Made by a program: the position numbers and the translations under genes | Shown: in pieces, positions 60,396 through 64,000 of the stretch | How the letters are laid out: each line of letters starts with the position of its first letter | Position numbering within the stretch: position 1 is the stretch's first letter | Assembly (NCBI GenBank): GCA_963796275.1 | Contig: CAWCKY010000003.1 | Location: 1,408,001-1,472,000 of the forward strand | Reading direction: 5' to 3' | Origin: an uncultured Acidobacteriota bacterium | Lineage (GTDB): Bacteria; Acidobacteriota; Blastocatellia; RBC074 | Length of the DNA stretch: 64,000 nucleotides | The notes under the pieces: model-generated | Told to the model about the DNA's origin: nothing | What the model saw: only the letters and a program-made list of their open reading frames with translations | The model's database searches: none

Positions 60396-61768
60396 TCTTT
60401 CTACTAATCATCCTCAGCTATGCAATCCTGATGATCGCCATCGGCGCGATCACGTCACGCAGAGTTAAAGACGCGGGCGATTTCTTCGTCGCTGGGCGCA
60501 GTTTGAACGCCGGTTTGATCTTCTCGACTCTGCTGGCGGCGAACATCGGCGCGGGCTCGACTGTTGGCGCGACAGGGTTGGGATACCGCGATGGCCTTTC
60601 GGCCTGGTGGTGGGTCGGTTCGGCGGGTATAGGATCGTTGATTCTCGCATATACCGTCGGGCCTAAAATCTGGAGCATCGCCCGTGAGCACAACCTCTAT
60701 ACGGTCGGCGACTATCTGGAATTCCGCTACAACCGCAGCGTGCGAGGGACGGTGGCGGCCTTGTTGTGGCTCGGAGCTCTCGCGATCCTCGCTGGGCAAT
60801 TGATCGCCATGGAGCAGATATTCATGGTGACTGCCGGGCTCGGCAGGACTGAGGGGAGTTTGCTTGCGGCTCTGGTGATTACCGCCTATTTCGCAGCCGG
60901 CGGATTGCACTCCGCGGCGAGAGTCAACGTCTTACAATTGTTCGTCAAGCTGCTCGGTTTTGCCCTCGCGCTGATCTTCCTCTTGGTTAGCGCCGGCGGG
61001 TGGAGCGGGATTAAGGCCGGTATGAATTCTACCGGCATCGACCCGGAGAAATACTTCAGCATCTTTGGTGGTGGATTGTCAGTCCCCATCGGATACATCG
61101 TGCTACTGGTGCCTTCATTCATCATCTCTCCCGGCATTCTGCAGAAGGTCTTCGGCGCCCGGGATGAGAATGCCGTTCGCCGCGGGATAGGATTGAACGC
61201 ATTGGGACTCCTGGCCTTTGCCATCGTCCCTGTCCTGCTGGGAATAATCGCACACTCTCAATTCCCGAGTCTGGAGAGAAGGGAACTCGCTATGCCGGAG
61301 CTTTTGACTAAATCGCTCCCGATCTGGCTGGGCGGATTATTGCTGGGCGCTCTCTTCTCAGCGGAACTGAGCGCAGCAGATGCAGTGCTGTTTATGCTCA
61401 CCACGTCGATCAGTAAGGACTTCTACAAAACTTATGTCAATCCGCAGGCCGATGATGCCCGATTGTTGAGAATCGCGCGAATTACCGCCATAGTATGCGG
61501 AGCGCTCGGCGCGGCGCTGGCTATACTATTTAAGACTGTGATCGCGGCGCTCACCATCTTTTACACGATGCTGTCCGCCGCGCTCTTCTTACCGTTGATC
61601 GCCGGCCTCTATCTCAAGCGCGTTTCGGCGCGCGCGGCCCTCGCGACCATAATCATCTCGGTCACCGTGACATTTACAGTCGAACAATCTTTTTGGGGAG
61701 TCCCATCCTTAATCTGGGGTATTCTGGCTGGTGCGTTAGTGATGATAGCGGTGAGTAGATATAATTGA
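60392..61768 (+). CDS. Sodium:solute symporter family protein
   Basis: DFFVAGRSL, AANIGAGS, DYLEFRY, many TM segments; ATGA overlap with the peptidase gene. Confidence 0.92.
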   Translation: MIFLLIILSYAILMIAIGAITSRRVKDAGDFFVAGRSLNAGLIFSTLLAANIGAGSTVGATGLGYRDGLSAWWWVGSAGIGSLILAYTVGPKIWSIAREHNLYTVGDYLEFRYNRSVRGTVAALLWLGALAILAGQLIAMEQIFMVTAGLGRTEGSLLAALVITAYFAAGGLHSAARVNVLQLFVKLLGFALALIFLLVSAGGWSGIKAGMNSTGIDPEKYFSIFGGGLSVPIGYIVLLVPSFIISPGILQKVFGARDENAVRRGIGLNALGLLAFAIVPVLLGIIAHSQFPSLERRELAMPELLTKSLPIWLGGLLLGALFSAELSAADAVLFMLTTSISKDFYKTYVNPQADDARLLRIARITAIVCGALGAALAILFKTVIAALTIFYTMLSAALFLPLIAGLYLKRVSARAALATIIISVTVTFTVEQSFWGVPSLIWGILAGALVMIAVSRYN

Positions 61769-61860
61769 TAATTGATAATTGATAATTGATAATTGATAGT
61801 TGATAGTTGATAGTTGATGGTTCGTAAATATTGTTGCCACAGCATATCGAACTATCAACT
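61764..61860. repeat. Heptamer tandem array with a short complementary arm
   Basis: (ATTGATA)5(GTTGATA)~3 ... ACTATCAACT. Confidence 0.9.
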
Positions 61861-61872
61861 TCCACGATTTAT

Positions 61873-61908
61873 AAAAAAAAATGAGCCTGCAACTTTTGCT
61901 GCAGGCTC
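61873..61908 (-). terminator. Intrinsic terminator, possibly bidirectional
   Basis: A9-T-GAGCCTGCA-acttttgc-TGCAGGCTC between convergent genes. Confidence 0.75.
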
Positions 61909-61932
61909 TTCAAGTTTTCCGCCAGTACAAAA

Positions 61933-62307
61933 TTACTGCCTAGCCATGCTGCCGTTATCCAAAACCAGTGTAAATTTACGTCCGCGGGGGGTTATGGTTG
62001 CAATTGTTCGAGAACCGTCGGGATTATCTCGATATGTCATCTTATCCGCATCGGCATGAGTCGAATTCTCACGCTTGGTGAACTGCGCCGTAACCGATTT
62101 CTTCTTCATCTTGATCTCGAACTTCCCGTCTTCGGTCTCCGGAATCAAAATAGTATAGGTGCCCTTCTTCACCATCTCGCTCCCAACCTTGCCATCAAGA
62201 TAAAAAGTCACCTTCTGCTCTATGCTGTTCTGAGCTGATGCCGCGACCCACAAACTGAGAGCAAATACGATCACCAGATACATTTTGAGCCCTTTTCCCT
62301 TTTTCAT
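61933..62307 (-). CDS. Secreted hypothetical protein
   Basis: Signal peptide ending ASA-Q; AGGAGGG SD; beta-rich mature part with a KKGTY motif. Confidence 0.8.
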   Translation of the reverse strand: MKKGKGLKMYLVIVFALSLWVAASAQNSIEQKVTFYLDGKVGSEMVKKGTYTILIPETEDGKFEIKMKKKSVTAQFTKRENSTHADADKMTYRDNPDGSRTIATITPRGRKFTLVLDNGSMARQ

Positions 62308-62337
62308 TCTTTCTTTCTCCCTCCTTCTCCTGTTTGA

Positions 62338-62373
62338 AAAATATGTTGACTGACCAGCCAGTCAACATATTTT
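62338..62373. promoter_or_regulatory. Candidate TetR operator 2
   Basis: Perfect 15-bp inverted repeat AAAATATGTTGACTG-accagc-CAGTCAACATATTTT, containing TGAC-N6-GTCA. Confidence 0.65.
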
Positions 62374-62414
62374 GATATGAATCCACATGCAATAACCTCT
62401 TCGTTATATGCTAT

Positions 62415-63020
62415 TTAGCGGACATAGAGGTAATCGAGTACGATTCTTTCGCAGCGTCGCCGGTAATCGTCAAAGGTCGCCTCGGAGGAGAAAAACCATT
62501 GCAGCATCATACCGTCGACTAGAGCGCGCATCATAGAACATGCTTCTTCAACATCGACCTGGCGAAAAGCGCCGGCCTTGATACCGGTCTCGATGATTTC
62601 GCGGTCGCAGGCGAAGCATCCATGATAGAACTTGGCGTTAAACTCGTGGAAGCGCTTGTTGCGCGTCCCGATGCTGATGAAATCAGTGTACGCCATGAAG
62701 AATTGGCGGCTCTCCTGGGCGTTGATGAATACGGTGTCGAGCGCCGCTTTGATCTTCTCAACAGGATCTTCAACTGACGCTATCGCCTCGTGCATGCGCT
62801 CGTGCAGCCGCTCAACCAGCCATTCGAACGCCCCCAGAAAAAGATCTTCCTTCGTCGCGAAATAATAGAGTGTCGAACCCTTACTCACCCCCGCGCGTTT
62901 GGCGATGTCCTGGAGCGTGACCGCCGAATATCCCTTCTCAGCCACCTCCAGATATGTCGCATTGATCAACTCTTCTCTACGCTGATCTTCATATTCTTGA
63001 TCGAATTGTTTCGCTGCCAT
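62415..63020 (-). CDS. TetR/AcrR family regulator (BetI-type C-terminus)
   Basis: KGYSAVTLQDIAKRAGVSKGSTLYYFATKEDL. Confidence 0.95.
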   Translation of the reverse strand: MAAKQFDQEYEDQRREELINATYLEVAEKGYSAVTLQDIAKRAGVSKGSTLYYFATKEDLFLGAFEWLVERLHERMHEAIASVEDPVEKIKAALDTVFINAQESRQFFMAYTDFISIGTRNKRFHEFNAKFYHGCFACDREIIETGIKAGAFRQVDVEEACSMMRALVDGMMLQWFFSSEATFDDYRRRCERIVLDYLYVR

Positions 63021-63028
63021 AAGTAGTT

Positions 63029-63072
63029 TGACCGAACGGTCAGATTTTATGTTTGTTCTTCTGTCGTGTCAA
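63029..63072 (-). promoter_or_regulatory. tetR promoter and operator 1
   Basis: Minus strand TTGACA-17-TAAAAT (63072-63044), immediately followed by the palindrome TGACCG-aa-CGGTCA (63029-63042). Confidence 0.8.
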
Positions 63073-63199
63073 TCGAATTCTTTGCCGTAAGTGGGGCGGA
63101 TCGTTTATTATAAGATATTGCGAGTCAAATCTATATGAGAGCCGGGAAGCGCGGGAAGGATTTATCATCAGAACAAAAAGCGTTTAAAGAGAGTCGTTT

Positions 63200-64000
<801 letters not shown>

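Overview
A gene-dense, mostly housekeeping chromosomal window. Gene content and order suggest an Acidobacteriota (Blastocatellia-like) genome; this is an inference. In order it holds: partial speA; a GMC oxidoreductase; a BlaI + M56/TonB pair; an lptC(A)-lptB-rpoN-hpf-rapZ-EIIA-HPr-EI operon; nadB, rlmN, arfB; surE-pcm-dedA; an HNH nuclease; a divergent orphan MreB; comF; a Ser/Thr kinase-TPR; a B12-dependent acyl-CoA mutase cluster with an M16 peptidase pair inside it; a ZIP transporter; the dcw cluster (mraZ to ftsZ, with apparent frameshifts in ftsL and murC); an Hfq-like protein; pdxA; a histone-H1-like protein; a CDGSH-citrate synthase-glutaredoxin cluster; a P1 peptidase + SSS symporter; a TetR module; and a partial S41 protease. 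I saw no tRNA, rRNA, CRISPR array, transposase or phage gene. The most notable signals are: (1) a probable hidden selenoprotein (glutaredoxin ending GRG-UGA-TVHD with a SECIS-like hairpin); (2) an Hfq-like protein with a codon-diversified (RD)15 mixed-charge tract, close to an acidic/basic bipartite H1-like protein; (3) an isobutyryl-CoA-mutase-type cluster with a degenerate crotonase; (4) catalytically degenerate MreB and RapZ; (5) inverted heptamer arrays at many gene junctions. All calls come from reading motifs by eye; no database searches were run.
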